Positions 55,575 to 64,000 of a DNA stretch of 64,000 nt are shown here, piece after piece (position 1 is the first letter of the stretch; every line of letters begins with the position of its first letter). The stretch is from an uncultured Eubacteriales bacterium. GTDB lineage: Bacteria > Bacillota > Clostridia > Peptostreptococcales > Anaerovoracaceae. The notes beneath the pieces were generated by a model that worked only from the letters and a program-made list of their open reading frames with translations, did not search any database and was not told the DNA's origin. The position numbers and the translations under genes were made by a program. Location of the stretch: NCBI GenBank assembly GCA_902779185.1, contig CACZAM010000006.1:6189-70188 (forward strand), written 5' to 3'.

Positions 55575-55856
55575 TTCTCAATGTTTCCCTTCTTAGTTGA
55601 TCTTTTGCGTTTATTTATTCGTTATTTTGAATAAATATACCGAATATTCATAATAGTTGCATTATAAATATTCGTGTTTGCATTGTCAATATTTTCGCTT
55701 GTATATATACAGGAACATATGGCGTTCTGTCTAGGGTCCCTGATATTTCAACGGTTATGTGCCATCCGCATCTTTTTCTCCTGTTATTATATTTCTGTAT
55801 ATTTATTCATTTTGCGCAAAAAAGCAATGAACCCCAGGCAGTTCTGTTCAATTCAA

Positions 55857-55883
55857 TAGCCAGGCTCCTAAAAAGCCTGGCTA
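55857..55883 (-). terminator. 10-bp hairpin downstream of a gene remnant
   Basis: TAGCCAGGCT-cctaaaa-AGCCTGGCTA, with moderately T-rich sequence after it on the minus strand. Confidence 0.4.
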
Positions 55884-55940
55884 TATTGACATTTCTGAAA
55901 GCATGAATCGCAGTGTTTTCCACACTCTCTCGGGAGCAAC

Positions 55941-56069
55941 TCACTTGACAGTGACCTTTATTTTGGTGAACACTCCGCTCTGCGCATATACGTAGACGTA
56001 GCAGCTGCCTTTCTTCTTGCCCTTGATCACGCCTTTGCTCGAGCATTCCTCAAATAAAGCATGCCCAAC
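55941..56069 (-). pseudogene. Orphan 3' fragment resembling the end of a bacterial Ig-like (Big_2-type) surface protein
   Basis: The frame reads ...SSKGVIKGKKKGSCYVYVYAQSGVFTKIKVTVK*. It has no ATG and is in frame with, and separated by a single TAA from, the 72-aa ORF upstream. Confidence 0.3.
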
Positions 56070-56288
56070 TTATCCGTGTACGAACGGCGACCTATACTCC
56101 GCGTTTATCTCGCTTATCTCTTTTTCTCCGTCGATGTACGGCTGGTAAATCGACTCTATCGTTCCTCCACCGCGGTTGTCGCAGCCCGAGCAGAATTCAC
56201 AATCGATCCCGCAATCGCCCCAAAGCGCCTGTTGAACGATCTGCTCTCGCTCCTCACGAGTTGTATCCTTGATAAGAATTGATTTCAT
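56070..56288 (-). CDS. 72-aa Cys-rich hypothetical protein
   Basis: ORF with WGDCGIDCEFCSGCDNRGGG. No family recognised. Confidence 0.45.
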   Translation of the reverse strand: MKSILIKDTTREEREQIVQQALWGDCGIDCEFCSGCDNRGGGTIESIYQPYIDGEKEISEINAEYRSPFVHG

Positions 56289-56306
56289 AATGCCACCTCT
56301 TTATTC

Positions 56307-56939
56307 CTATTCTTTAAGGTGTATTCTCCAACCTGTATCGATCTTTTCTTTCACTGTTTTCATTGTTTCAGGATCAAGCTTAGGCCAATCAACTACCTTA
56401 GTTGCTTTGTCCTTTACCAGATGCGCTTTTTCGGCGCATAAGGCGATCGGAGTATCTGCCAATGAATCGGAATAGAAATTCTCGATCACCGGGAAGCCAT
56501 TATCGATCATATATTTTGCCTTTTCCCTGGCATACATAAGATTGTTTGTAAAGACTCCATATTCACGATCGAATTCAGTTGCCATAAAGCTGACTCCAAG
56601 CCTTTTCGCGATCGGTTCGATAATACAAGTTGGAGACGCGCTTATAATGAGATCGTCCTCCCTTTTTTGCGCAAGATACCACGCGGATATCTTGCTTTCA
56701 TATTTATCCCAATACTTTTCTATTTGCACATCAAAATCATCTATCATTGTAAGATAGCTGAACATTTCACGCTGTAGCCGATAGTTCAACACTTTGCCTC
56801 GTTTGTATAAGACAAGTGTCTTCATCATGCGCGGAAACCAGGTAACCCATAGTTTAGGATTGCGTTTCATGCACCAAAGAGCAAAGCCTATTGAGCAATC
56901 CGAATAAAAAATCGTACCATCAAAATCGTAAACATTCAT
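56307..56939 (-). CDS. HAD-superfamily hydrolase
   Basis: MNVYDFDGTIFYSD (DxDGT motif I), and later SASP and YSDSLADTP. Start at 56939; the longest ORF starts at 57002. Confidence 0.8.
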   Translation of the reverse strand: MNVYDFDGTIFYSDCSIGFALWCMKRNPKLWVTWFPRMMKTLVLYKRGKVLNYRLQREMFSYLTMIDDFDVQIEKYWDKYESKISAWYLAQKREDDLIISASPTCIIEPIAKRLGVSFMATEFDREYGVFTNNLMYAREKAKYMIDNGFPVIENFYSDSLADTPIALCAEKAHLVKDKATKVVDWPKLDPETMKTVKEKIDTGWRIHLKE

Positions 56940-57051
56940 AATTGCTTCGATGAATTCCAAAATGCCAATCTTTTCATCTATGTTTAATAATAGCATAATC
57001 AACGCAAAATAAATGCCCTGGAGTTATTCCAGAGCATTCGCTGTCTCACGA

Positions 57052-57678
57052 TTAAAAAATCTGTCCCGGGAGTTTCAGTTTCTCCTTAAATGGAAATGCG
57101 CTGTCGAAAGCTTCGACATCTTTGTCGTCCACATAATACCCACTTGGGGTCTGATACACCCCTGTGATCCCATCGAGATACCCCGGGATCAGCTCTATAC
57201 ATAGAAAGAATGAGTCATCTGCGCCTTCGGGCAGATCATGGTATCTGATGCCAAAGTTACGGGCGTAGCCAAAGCCGCTTTTGCCGTAGAAGTCGATATT
57301 GCCTTCAAACAAAACTGCGCCAAATCCCATTTCTCCGGCCTTATCAAGAGAATAGTCGAGCAGCAGCTTGCCGTAGCCTTTGCGTTTGAGCTCCGGCGCG
57401 ATGCAGATCGGTCCCATCGTCAGCACATCGATATCGCTGCCATCGTCCGAATTGATCACAGTTCGCATGAACATGTTCTGTCCTATAAGCTTACCGTTTA
57501 TTTCCATAACAAAATCAAGTTCCTTCACGAAGGCGGGATCATCGCGAAGCACATGGATCACATAGTGTTCACTGCAGCCCGGCCTGTAAATGTTCCAGAA
57601 CGACTCTCTTATAAGATTCTCTACTTCTCTGTAGTCTTCTTTCTTTTCTAAACGTATCTTTGCATTATTTATGTTCAT
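57052..57678 (-). CDS. GNAT-family N-acetyltransferase
   Basis: 208 aa. IAPELKRKGYGKLLLDYSL is a typical acetyl-CoA-binding motif A. Confidence 0.85.
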   Translation of the reverse strand: MNINNAKIRLEKKEDYREVENLIRESFWNIYRPGCSEHYVIHVLRDDPAFVKELDFVMEINGKLIGQNMFMRTVINSDDGSDIDVLTMGPICIAPELKRKGYGKLLLDYSLDKAGEMGFGAVLFEGNIDFYGKSGFGYARNFGIRYHDLPEGADDSFFLCIELIPGYLDGITGVYQTPSGYYVDDKDVEAFDSAFPFKEKLKLPGQIF

Positions 57679-57690
57679 GGCTAATCCCTG

Positions 57691-58116
57691 CTAATTTGTC
57701 TTATTCTGAAAAGCTTTGAGCTGGTCTGTCATCTCCTGCGCTGTTTTCTGATCCATCTTATACCTGATAAGCAGAACACCGAAGTAGATCACAACTACAC
57801 TGACAGCTACAGCAACAGCCTGCGGGGTAAACTCACTAATATGTCCTCTGAAAACCATTGCTTCGACGATCGCCAAAATGATGATCAATTGAATGATATT
57901 GCGGATCAGCACCTGCCTTACGCTAAGTTCCTTGTTAGTGTACATGACGAAACTCGGAATACAGGCAAGAAAGCCGTAAATCAATGGATAGATCATTACC
58001 TCGTAACCGAATGTCTGATCGGGAGCAAACAGGGAACCGGTCACATACATTGCGGCAATGATAAGCACCGTGCTTATGAAGAAGTTTTTTGCTGTTTCTC
58101 TTAACCGTTCTTTCAT
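57691..58116 (-). CDS. DUF3021-like four-TM membrane protein
   Basis: 141 aa with 4 hydrophobic segments, directly downstream of a LytTR regulator (a common gene pair). Confidence 0.65.
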   Translation of the reverse strand: MKERLRETAKNFFISTVLIIAAMYVTGSLFAPDQTFGYEVMIYPLIYGFLACIPSFVMYTNKELSVRQVLIRNIIQLIIILAIVEAMVFRGHISEFTPQAVAVAVSVVVIYFGVLLIRYKMDQKTAQEMTDQLKAFQNKTN

Positions 58117-58120
58117 CTTG

Positions 58121-58558
58121 TTACCTCGAGATCTTTTCCTTTACTCCAGCGACATACTTGCGCGAAATGATGACATCTTCGCCATTCATCAGACGGCACA
58201 TATATCTTCCATTCAAAGCGGGTCTTATAGATTCCACCTTCATAAGATTCACGATCACAGACTTCGATATGCGGACAAAGCTGTGTCCGCTGAGAGCTTC
58301 TTCGAGCTCATACAGCCTGAGCCCGGATTCATAGCAAACTTTCTGCAGATAAATGAAGGTTTTGTTATCCACAGACTCCGCGTAGAATATGTCCGTCACC
58401 GGAATACTGACCAGCGAATCTCCGTCCTTTCCATCGATCTTGCCCTGACGCGATTCAATGAAACGTACGATCTCCTTGATGTTGGAGTCCACTCTGTGAC
58501 AGCCTATTTTTATATACTCTTTCTTATCTTCACCAATCGTGATTACTTCTATTTCCAT
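58121..58558 (-). CDS. LytTR-family DNA-binding protein
   Basis: 145 aa. The pattern ...IFYAESVDNKTFIYL....RISKSVIVNL is typical of LytTR domains. Confidence 0.8.
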   Translation of the reverse strand: MEIEVITIGEDKKEYIKIGCHRVDSNIKEIVRFIESRQGKIDGKDGDSLVSIPVTDIFYAESVDNKTFIYLQKVCYESGLRLYELEEALSGHSFVRISKSVIVNLMKVESIRPALNGRYMCRLMNGEDVIISRKYVAGVKEKISR

Positions 58559-58564
58559 ATCTCA

Positions 58565-59929
58565 TCAATAGTATTCTTTAACCTTAAATGTCCCTTTACC
58601 TTTCAGATAGTAATCGAAGAATTCGAGGACAAGCGCATTTACCTGATCGATGCACTCTTCCGGATCGACGTCACCCGTACCAAGAGCATTAGCTATAAAT
58701 GGCGAGATAAGCGGCAGATCCGTAAAGTTCATATGGCCGCTTCCTTTAAAATATGTCGAGTGACCTTCGGTCGCATTGTCTATTATAACATTGTTCACGT
58801 AATCCTTTTGCAGTCTGTGAGCCTCCTCGCAGCTTTCCTGGTGACTCTGGTTCCTTACGTCCAGGATCGGTGTCGTATAAGGCTCCGTGCTGCAGACCTC
58901 TTCGCCGTTTTCGATGCCCAGAACTTCGCCGAACATGGTGCCATCGAGGTCTATGACTGCGGATACATCGTTTCTTCTCCCGGCCGTAACGGAAGTGGCG
59001 CCTCCCATAGAGTGCCCAAAGAGACCGATCTTCTTTATATTTATGAGTGAGAGAGCGCTGCCGACATCACCGCGTTCCTCATCGCTGCTGAATGCCCATG
59101 CATTGTCCGGCTCCGCTTTGACGGCCGATTTAACAGTATCGAGCACATAGTTCATATCGTCGAGCCTAAGCTTCATCGCTTTGGACATAATATCAAAGGT
59201 CGTTTCCTCGTCGTACACATCGTTCTCGATATTTATCGCGGACTGTATGAATTCCTTGTCCACAATTACCGCCTTACCGCTCGAATCCGTCGCAAAGAAT
59301 GAGTGATGCGGGTGGTCAAGAGCTATGACGACGTACCCGTTGCTTGCCAGTTCCATATACGCGGACATGTTGCTCTGATAGTATCCGAACGCGCCGTGGC
59401 TGAAAACGACCAGCGGAAGCGAATGAGCTTCTATCGCATCGGTGTTTTCAGGATAGAAGAAATGCACCGGTACCTCGCGGAATGATCCATCGTTTTCAAA
59501 TTCATCTGTTCTTGACGAATCGACCAGAATGGCCTCAGTCTCCGCCACCTTATATTCACCGGTCAGATGGCGTCCCTTGTAATCGGTAAAGATAAACGCC
59601 GGAACCATAGCCAACACGATAACCAAGATGCCCAATATCGCTCTTACTACGATCGGTGGCTTACCCTTGATGGTTTCATTCTTTCTCTTGATGAGCCAGA
59701 AGATCGCGGAAAAAATAAGCTGCAGAACGAGGATCACCAGTATCCCCATGAATCTGAAGCTGAAGTCGATCCCCGGCAATAGCGTCATGACCAGATAGGC
59801 TAGCAATTCGACCGCAGAAACGCACAGACGGCGCATCGCCCATTCTCCTCGAGTGAACTTTCCGGACAGTGCGAAAGCCGCAAATCCTATTTCAGTCAGT
59901 ATCAAAACCAGCAACAACAGCATTACCAT
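58565..59929 (-). CDS. Membrane-anchored alpha/beta hydrolase (PAF-acetylhydrolase / lipase-like)
   Basis: Four N-terminal TM segments, then PLVVFSHGAFG and the nucleophile elbow GHSMGG. Confidence 0.8.
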   Translation of the reverse strand: MVMLLLLVLILTEIGFAAFALSGKFTRGEWAMRRLCVSAVELLAYLVMTLLPGIDFSFRFMGILVILVLQLIFSAIFWLIKRKNETIKGKPPIVVRAILGILVIVLAMVPAFIFTDYKGRHLTGEYKVAETEAILVDSSRTDEFENDGSFREVPVHFFYPENTDAIEAHSLPLVVFSHGAFGYYQSNMSAYMELASNGYVVIALDHPHHSFFATDSSGKAVIVDKEFIQSAINIENDVYDEETTFDIMSKAMKLRLDDMNYVLDTVKSAVKAEPDNAWAFSSDEERGDVGSALSLINIKKIGLFGHSMGGATSVTAGRRNDVSAVIDLDGTMFGEVLGIENGEEVCSTEPYTTPILDVRNQSHQESCEEAHRLQKDYVNNVIIDNATEGHSTYFKGSGHMNFTDLPLISPFIANALGTGDVDPEECIDQVNALVLEFFDYYLKGKGTFKVKEYY

Positions 59930-60066
59930 GATTGGCTCCTTTCAAATATCTTTCTCCATTTGACTTCTTTCTTTGATTGCCTGTTTCGAGTGTAAAAAAA
60001 GAAGAGGCTATTCTTCAATAGCCTCAGCGGTAAGATGCATTTTGGGTTGGTGAAATGCAATGACCA

Positions 60067-60549
60067 TCAGTTGTCGACCTCAAATGAATATGCGCAGAGA
60101 GACAGCGCCAGCATCATGCAAAGCATGCTGATCTCTTTCAGCCATATGGATGCCGATATCTTCCGCAGAACAGTGTTCCACTCATGGACAGTGTATTTGC
60201 CTTCATATTCTAGTATTTTTAGGTATATAGCATCAACAGGCGAGTCTTCCTGTAGCCTGAAAGGTGATTTTCTCAGCAAAACCCTGGAATCATAAATGCT
60301 AAGTTTCAAGGCAACGCACACAGATATGATCATTTCCCTTGTTGGCATATAATCATCTACGTTTTTCATCCTCCTGATTGTAGCTTCGGACATATTTGCG
60401 ATGGAAGCCAGGCTTTTGCAGGAATATCCAGCTTCATTCATATAGTGTGCCAACATTTCACAGAAGCCAGTTTTTTGATTATCCGTTCTTACTTTTAGTT
60501 TTGCTTTCTTTAGAATATCCCCAAGATCTGCGCGTTCTTTATTATCCAT
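60067..60549 (-). CDS. Putative HTH protein with a hydrophobic C-terminus
   Basis: The segment SCKSLASIANMSEATIRRMKN resembles an XRE-type helix-turn-helix. The C-terminal ISMLCMMLALSLCAY is hydrophobic. Confidence 0.5.
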   Translation of the reverse strand: MDNKERADLGDILKKAKLKVRTDNQKTGFCEMLAHYMNEAGYSCKSLASIANMSEATIRRMKNVDDYMPTREMIISVCVALKLSIYDSRVLLRKSPFRLQEDSPVDAIYLKILEYEGKYTVHEWNTVLRKISASIWLKEISMLCMMLALSLCAYSFEVDN

Positions 60550-60668
60550 ATTGTATCCTCACTAAGCTATCTCAATATAACGGTCTCCTCCATTATATTT
60601 TTTAAAAGCTTCTTGATACTAATATGTAAAATTGGGTAGTTCAGCCACTACGATAATGCAGCTACCAA

Positions 60669-60691
60669 GCTGCCACAATGAATGTGGCAGC
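60669..60691 (-). terminator. 9-bp hairpin downstream of the 888-aa gene (no clear U-tract)
   Basis: GCTGCCACA-atgaa-TGTGGCAGC. Confidence 0.3.
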
Positions 60692-60739
60692 TCAGGATTA
60701 AAATGCAATATTTTGTTTCTCGCAAATGCTTGATATTTA

Positions 60740-63406
60740 TTAGCGGATCTTTATCTTCTTTCCTGCATTTGCTTTGGTAAAGATCTTCTTATACTTCTTA
60801 ATATAAGTCTTGTTCTGTTTCTTAGATCCTACCTTGACTTGAACTGTTTTCAAAATTAGCTTGGTCGCTTTCGATCCTTTTAACGCATTCTTCTTGATTA
60901 CCTTAACGTTCTTTCCAATAGTTACATTGCGGATCTTTGCACCCTTGAAGGCTTTTGCATTGACAGTAGTGACCTTATAGGTATTTCCGTCGGACAAATT
61001 AACTGTCGCAGGTACTACTATTGACTTAACGTTCTTGGCCTTAGTGAGGGCGACTGTTTTCGATTCAGTCGAGAGCACCTTGTATGCACTGCCCTTCACT
61101 TTTTCGGTAGTCCCTACCTTTAGTGAAGCGCTGTTCTCTGAAGTGATCGAACCAGTACTGTTTATCTGCGCGGATGTAGCATCATTTATCTTTCCGTCAA
61201 TGAAATCGCTTCCGTTGTAATACGAAACGGAAACATCTTTCATTACACTCGGTGAAACCACTTCGAACGGATCTCCATCGGCAGATTTTTTAATCTGGAT
61301 GTCTTTGTCTTCTTTTCCAGAAAGCAGAACCAGCGGTTTTTCTGCATTTTCATCTGAAGCGTATCCGGATATACCTATTGCATAGTCTGATACATCTCCG
61401 TCGATTTTAATCCCATCATTCATTGATACAGACGCTTTGCTGATATTTCCTTTCAGAATGGCTGCGTCATCTGCAGTTCTGATTTCAACGCTTAATTCCT
61501 TTCCAGATGTATTCTCAATGATCAAGTCATCTGTCCTGTCTATTTCTACCTGAATATACGCTTCTCCCTGAAGTGCATCGCTGTCACCCACTAATGGAAT
61601 TAAATCGTAAACTAAGGCATTAATAACAAACTCTCCGCCTTTTTTCATCGAAATAATGTTTTTCTGTCCTGTCATTATTTTGATACCCTCTCTCAATGGA
61701 ACAGTGATCCAGCTTCTGTTCTTTGCAGTCTGGATTCCCGACTTTGTTGCGTCAGCAATGCCTTTGACCGGCATTATGCACAAAGTCGTTTCCTTGCCGG
61801 CAGTGCTGTCCAATATAACCTCGCCCTTGTGGTTAGTATATTTCAGGCTATGATTGTTCAGATCTATATCTATCGCATAAAATACGCCTTTCGGACATGA
61901 AGATGAGATGCAGTTTTCGTCATACACTGCGAGTGTATATGTTTTTGTTGCTTTATTGTATATTTGATCAACAATTAATACTGCGTGACCACCGCCTTCA
62001 CCTGCGTACCCAAATACAATATCCTGAGACTTAGAGCATGTAACAAGGGTCTCCAAAAAATCATCGAAGTTCTGGATATGATCAGCGGAACTATCCAATT
62101 CTCCTGCTAGGCTGTCTTTAGGAAAAGTCACATAATGACCCGCCTTAGAAGAAATAATGCCATTTGCTACATGGTAATAATTGATCGTATTCTTCAGCCT
62201 CTCATTACGGGCAGGCGGAGCCATGTCAAAATATGTAGATGCATTATCATCACTAATGTCACTCACAGAAAGGTAGCCCTCATGCACAAGGCCCATGGTA
62301 GTTGCTATGCCATAACACCAACCACCAATCCAGTTCTTATTTTTCATGCGTTCCGGAAGATTGCTGCTTAAATATAGAAGTGCTGCATCTCCCCTTCCTA
62401 TACCCGAGTCCTTTTTGTATGCATTTAAGTATTCAAGACCCATATCATAAGTATAAACTCCGAAAAACCCGCTGTTTATGTCATTAGGCGACCCATGATA
62501 AAAGCTGTTGTTATCCTTTCCAAGGACAAATCTGCTGGTCAGACGGCTTATATCTCTTTTTATTGCTTTTTCTTCTTCAGGGGCTGTCTTAACAGCACTC
62601 TTCGAAACGACGATTACAGGTCGCACGCCACGTCCATAAGTCTGGTAATAACTGGCTGACTGCCCGTTTTCCTTTATATATTCATTCTGCCTGTTGCCAT
62701 AGCTCCAGCCGGAGTAGCCTCTCAGCCACCACTTGTATGCCGCGTTTTCCTTATTCACAAAATCGGTTGCATACGCGATCCTTGACTCATCATCGGTGAA
62801 GCCAAAGCTTTCATCAAAGGCTTCATCTGAATAGAGCAACCATACCTTGTCACTGGTAACATCCCATGTGCCATCTTTTCTTGTGCGCCAGTCATCATAT
62901 GTTTTGTCCAGAGTCTCAACATCGGTCGTAACGATTGCAGCTTTCTCTTCGTCTGTGAATGCATCGTTATAGAATTCTTCATTCAGCCACCTACGCATGT
63001 CCGAATCTCTCCAGACGTTCTCCCCTCCGAAATGTCTGTCAGCCAGAACTTTTTCGGATATCAGGGTGTAAGTGCTTCCGTTATCTTTAAGAATCCGCCA
63101 TTGTATGGGTACACTTTTGAAGTACCCGCTTCTAGTTTTTATTACTTTGATACCATCAATGACAGCCTTACCGCTTTCATCAAAATCCTCGTCCTGCATC
63201 TGAATCGCATCCAGCTCAGCAGGGTCATCAATTAGAGTCTGATAGTAATGACCAAAGTAAACTGCATTTCCACCATCTTCTGCAAACACTTTGCCCATCT
63301 GCATCGTGCCTGAAGGTACTGCACCAAACACGGCAAGTAACAGAATCAGCAATATTAAACCCGAATCTCTGATTATCCCAACAAACCCGTGTGTTTTGTT
63401 ACGCAT
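60740..63406 (-). CDS. 888-aa secreted multidomain protein: DUF6273-like N-domain, papain-like Cys/His peptidase-like core, BspA-type leucine-rich repeats, basic tail
   Basis: Signal-anchor LILLILLLAVFGAV. DUF6273-like segment PIQWRILKDNGSTYTLISEKVL...WRDSDMRRWLNEEFYNDAFTDEEK. Peptidase-like core WIGGWCYGIATTMG (Cys codon 62315-62317), then GEGGGHAVLIVDQ (His codon 61985-61987), then VYDEN. LRR-like NAKAFKGAKIRNVTIGKNVKVIKKNALKGSKATKLIL. Confidence 0.85.
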   Translation of the reverse strand: MRNKTHGFVGIIRDSGLILLILLLAVFGAVPSGTMQMGKVFAEDGGNAVYFGHYYQTLIDDPAELDAIQMQDEDFDESGKAVIDGIKVIKTRSGYFKSVPIQWRILKDNGSTYTLISEKVLADRHFGGENVWRDSDMRRWLNEEFYNDAFTDEEKAAIVTTDVETLDKTYDDWRTRKDGTWDVTSDKVWLLYSDEAFDESFGFTDDESRIAYATDFVNKENAAYKWWLRGYSGWSYGNRQNEYIKENGQSASYYQTYGRGVRPVIVVSKSAVKTAPEEEKAIKRDISRLTSRFVLGKDNNSFYHGSPNDINSGFFGVYTYDMGLEYLNAYKKDSGIGRGDAALLYLSSNLPERMKNKNWIGGWCYGIATTMGLVHEGYLSVSDISDDNASTYFDMAPPARNERLKNTINYYHVANGIISSKAGHYVTFPKDSLAGELDSSADHIQNFDDFLETLVTCSKSQDIVFGYAGEGGGHAVLIVDQIYNKATKTYTLAVYDENCISSSCPKGVFYAIDIDLNNHSLKYTNHKGEVILDSTAGKETTLCIMPVKGIADATKSGIQTAKNRSWITVPLREGIKIMTGQKNIISMKKGGEFVINALVYDLIPLVGDSDALQGEAYIQVEIDRTDDLIIENTSGKELSVEIRTADDAAILKGNISKASVSMNDGIKIDGDVSDYAIGISGYASDENAEKPLVLLSGKEDKDIQIKKSADGDPFEVVSPSVMKDVSVSYYNGSDFIDGKINDATSAQINSTGSITSENSASLKVGTTEKVKGSAYKVLSTESKTVALTKAKNVKSIVVPATVNLSDGNTYKVTTVNAKAFKGAKIRNVTIGKNVKVIKKNALKGSKATKLILKTVQVKVGSKKQNKTYIKKYKKIFTKANAGKKIKIR

Positions 63407-63449
63407 ACAATCCTCCTTTTTAAAACCTCTCTATACAATTGCTACTATG

Positions 63450-63677
63450 TTATTTGACCGTAACCTTGCGGCCGACATTACCTTTGGTAAAGAACTTCTT
63501 GTACTTCTTGATGTAGGTATTATTGGTCTTATTGCTGGCCTTCTTTACGATTCTGACTTTGATGTTCTTGATCTTAGAGTTCTTAAGAGATTTCTTTACA
63601 GTTGCCTTCTTGAACAGCTTTGTCTTGACCGTAAGCGTTGTCGCCTTGGATACCTTGAACGCGTATATGACAAGCAA
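63450..63677 (-). pseudogene. Duplicated 3' fragment of an LRR/basic-tail protein paralogous to 60740..63406
   Basis: AFKVSKATTLTVKTK...NKTNNTYIKKYKKFFTKGNVGRKVTVK parallels ALKGSKATKLILKT...NKTYIKKYKKIFTKANAGKKIKIR at the end of the 888-aa protein. There is no N-terminal part and no RBS. Confidence 0.5.
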
Positions 63678-63781
63678 GAATCATAGTTGCCTATATGCCC
63701 GGCATCTACTTCCTGAAGAGCCTTTCTCAAACCGACGAAGTGCGATTCCGGTATGAATATTTCCAGTTTATAGTATTCCAT
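63596..63781 (-). pseudogene. Truncated gene: the first ~39 codons look genuine, then the frame runs into the paralog fragment
   Basis: MEYYKLEIFIPESHFVGLRKALQEVDAGHIGNYDSC resembles the N-terminus of small NIF3-associated/PII-like-fold proteins. The remainder (RSRYPRRQRLRSRQSCSRRQL) is an out-of-frame reading of 63450..63677. Confidence 0.35.
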
Positions 63782-63782
63782 A

Positions 63783-63974
63783 TCAGTCTATCAAACCATA
63801 CTGCTTGTATTTTTCAAGCATCATTTTATACAGCATTCGATTTCCGAAATACTGTTTATAAGTTGCAGTTTTTTCTTTTCCGGCCTTCTTAAGCCTATCC
63901 ATCTCTGCCTGCTCATATTCTACTTGTTCAATTATTTCAGCAAGCATCTTTTCAAAGCTTTCCAATCTGTCCAT
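63783..63974 (-). CDS. Small (~63 aa) hypothetical coiled-coil protein
   Basis: ORF MDRLESFEKMLAEIIEQVEYEQAEMDRLKKAGKEK.... Its stop is 1 nt from the next ATG. The longest ORF begins with TTG at 63992. Confidence 0.45.
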   Translation of the reverse strand: MDRLESFEKMLAEIIEQVEYEQAEMDRLKKAGKEKTATYKQYFGNRMLYKMMLEKYKQYGLID

Positions 63975-64000
63975 ATCTTTACTCCCAGGCAACTTTGAAT

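Noticed and set aside
14115-59050. Other long overlapping ORFs from the track: 14115..15146 +, 21026..21406 +, 24633..25109 +, 33662..34801 +, 35639..36574 +, 42401..43186 +, 42792..43781 -, 47729..48436 -, 50426..51220 +, 53397..54008 +, 58058..59050 +.
   Set aside because: Each overlaps a gene with strong family motifs on the other strand or in another frame. Their compositions are biased (Arg/Leu/Ser/His-rich) and they lack RBSs. They are treated as non-coding shadows.

Overview
The window looks like a Gram-positive, Clostridia-like anaerobe. This rests on GGAGG-type ribosome binding sites, sortase/LPXTG and SipW biology, a LytTR-DUF3021 pair and flavodiiron/rubredoxin redox genes. Nearly all genes are on the minus strand.

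(1) 1-26,040 is one very large cell-surface fibre/adhesin locus. It holds two tandem giant adhesin genes (one of 2941 aa, one cut by the left edge) and a 1872-aa LPXTG tip-adhesin-like protein. It also holds an LPATG major pilin, a class C sortase, a CnaB-domain protein, two TasA/camelysin-like proteins, a MucBP protein and a divergent sortase-like protein. Two SipW-type and one LepB-type signal peptidases are present, and a ~290-nt highly structured leader precedes the pilin gene.

(2) 26,048-29,215 holds a CobB-type sirtuin, an orphan promoter/small-ORF/terminator unit and a YtrA-type GntR + ABC operon.

(3) 29,564-31,860 is a visibly AT-rich three-gene island centred on a TIR-domain protein with an unassigned C-terminal domain. 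This is my best candidate for an undescribed, defence-like system.

(4) 31,865-55,574 holds metabolic and housekeeping genes:
- Fe-alcohol dehydrogenase, GH13 alpha-glucosidase, CBS-pyrophosphatase, thioesterase, LtrA and flavodoxin
- a four-domain flavodiiron-rubredoxin-reductase fusion
- a CbiMQO cobalt ECF transporter and an orphan DUF5131 gene
- L-serine dehydratase, an ATP-grasp protein and an esterase
- a sodium:solute symporter, a DDAH-like enzyme and an amino-acid ABC transporter

(5) 55,600-64,000 is an AT-richer accessory region. It holds HAD, GNAT, LytTR/DUF3021 and alpha/beta-hydrolase genes, an 888-aa secreted DUF6273 / Cys-His peptidase-like / LRR protein, and several gene fragments.

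I recognised no rRNA, tRNA, CRISPR array, transposase or integrase. All functional calls come from motifs read by eye in the translated ORFs. No database search was run.
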